A stretch of DNA of 63,416 nucleotides, the filler included, from Octopus bimaculoides (taxonomy: Eukaryota), in assembly GCF_001194135.2 (NCBI RefSeq). It is 9 parts of 8 records of this genome, joined end to end, with 100 filler letters (N's around TTAATTAATTAA, not from the genome) between each part and the next. Parts side by side here need not be neighbours in the genome. Positions count along the whole stretch, not along the records: positions 61,454 to 63,416 come from NW_026351085.1; 8 more parts are not named here. One strand, 5' to 3'. Both the position numbers and the translations under genes were made by a program. This document shows positions 62,001-63,416 of the stretch, in pieces (position 1 is the first letter of the stretch; each line of letters opens with the position of its first letter). A model generated the notes under the pieces. That model was not told where the DNA came from. It saw nothing but the letters and a program-made list of their open reading frames with translations, and did not search any database.

Positions 62001-63416
62001 CTTTAGTTCTCAGTTTAACGTCTAAGTTTCAGTTTGAACTACAGCAACATTTTGATAAATATAGATTTTACTTTGTTAAACGACTTTATATCATTGTTTG
62101 GAAAAAATACGTATTTTTGTATTTTTATATTATTCAATTGATTTTTAATGATAATTTTAATTGATATCTTATTTAACACTAAATTATTTAGAAGCAAGAG
62201 TATCATCTTAGCATAAACTAAGACTTCGATTTGATTAGGGTTGAATGTTTTCTATTAATACTGTTTAATATTTGTTTCTTCTTTATGCGATAAATAACTA
62301 GTCTTTTTATTTTAATTTGTTTGTTTATACAATATCGTTAATTGTTTTTTTATTATGACTTAAGTTATATAAAGTTTAATCTTTCATTCATATTTTTTTC
62401 TAGTCCTATTGTTTACGCAATATTTTCACTAGACTTCTTTTAAATAAACGTTTTTAGTATAAAATACTCTAGATTAAACTATTGCATCGTTTAATATGTG
62501 CTAATTCTATCTTTTTGATTTTAACCTTAAACTTTGTTCAAATTGTATTTTAAACGAAAAAATTTGTTAAGATGGTTTTTGAATATAATATAACTGTTAG
62601 CGGATATTATAATGGACGTAGGTTTGATTATGGAATGTTTATCATTTTGATATTTTTAATAATATTTTTCTATCTTTACAAAATAAGTATTTTATATACA
62701 TTCTTTTATTATTATTATTGTTGTATTTTGACCTGAAGATTAGCTATATTTTTGAATAGAATTGATTTTCGATGGTTTTAATCGATTTTAATCGATTTAA
62801 ATTTTCTTTCTATTTGAAAATTGCTTATGAAACAAGTGTAGTCGTTTTATTATCTTTATCTTATATTTACTTTGTATTATATTATACTTATTTATTGTCC
62901 CCATGGACCGCAAATTAAATTTGTATACACAAATCAAACCTGTGCCATGGAGGAATGTAGTAGCGGACAAAAAACAAGACAGGAAAACAAACGGAAAAGG
63001 CTATGCGGCCAGACGTGAAAAATTATGTGTATATGAACGCTATGAGGCACGAACTGAAAGTAGGGACGAAGTAAGTTTGCATGTTTGCTCGGCGATAGCC
63101 AAGGAAGAAAAGGATTAGTGACCGGAAGCATGTGACCAGGCAGGGGTAAGGAAGAGAGAGAGAGAGAGAGTGGTAGAGGGAGAAACAAAGGGAGGAAGTA
63201 GAAGAATAGGTGAGCAACAAGAAAGAGAGGAAGAGAGGAATATAGTAGTAACAGAAGGAAGAACGAGAGGGGAAAGAGAGAGATATAGTAGTAACACAAG
63301 GAAGAATGAGAGGGGTAAAGAGAGATACGTAGTAGTAACAGAGGAAGAATGAGAGGGGGTAAAAGTGATAGAGTCGCGTCAGAAAATATAAAGTTGAAAA
63401 AACTACTTACAACAGG

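Overview
AT-rich, microsatellite-, SINE- and LINE-dense eukaryotic DNA. The repeat families suggest an octopod cephalopod (inference from recall, no search run). The assembly is gapped: eight N-TTAATTAATTAA-N spacers split the window into nine blocks whose adjacency is not guaranteed. Nearly all ORF-track entries are microsatellite or gap artefacts; the real coding content is spliced exons. (1) 5' part of a PPIP5K/VIP1 inositol pyrophosphate kinase gene on the minus strand, four exons at 9518-5879. (2) First coding exon of a thioredoxin/TXNL1-like gene on the plus strand, 18587-18675, head-to-head with PPIP5K. (3) A tRNA-Phe(GAA) cluster with two intact genes and one copy lacking the T-loop, the latter inside an inverted duplication. 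(4) An isolated 72-nt leucine-rich-repeat exon, 36563-36634 (+). (5) Four phase-compatible exons, 56565-51424 (-), of an unidentified AT-hook/acidic nuclear protein. The rest is mariner/Tc1, pogo and piggyBac-type MITEs, RTE and R4/Dong LINE remnants and three tRNA-derived SINE families. I see no CRISPR array, rRNA or clearly new multi-gene system. The best leads are near-identical inverted LINE tails bracketing the PPIP5K start exons (circRNA/ADAR hypothesis), the unidentified AT-hook gene, the tRNA inverted duplication, and foldback MITEs built from two transposon right ends. Repeat boundaries are approximate (+/-10-20 bp); exon and tRNA boundaries were counted by hand.
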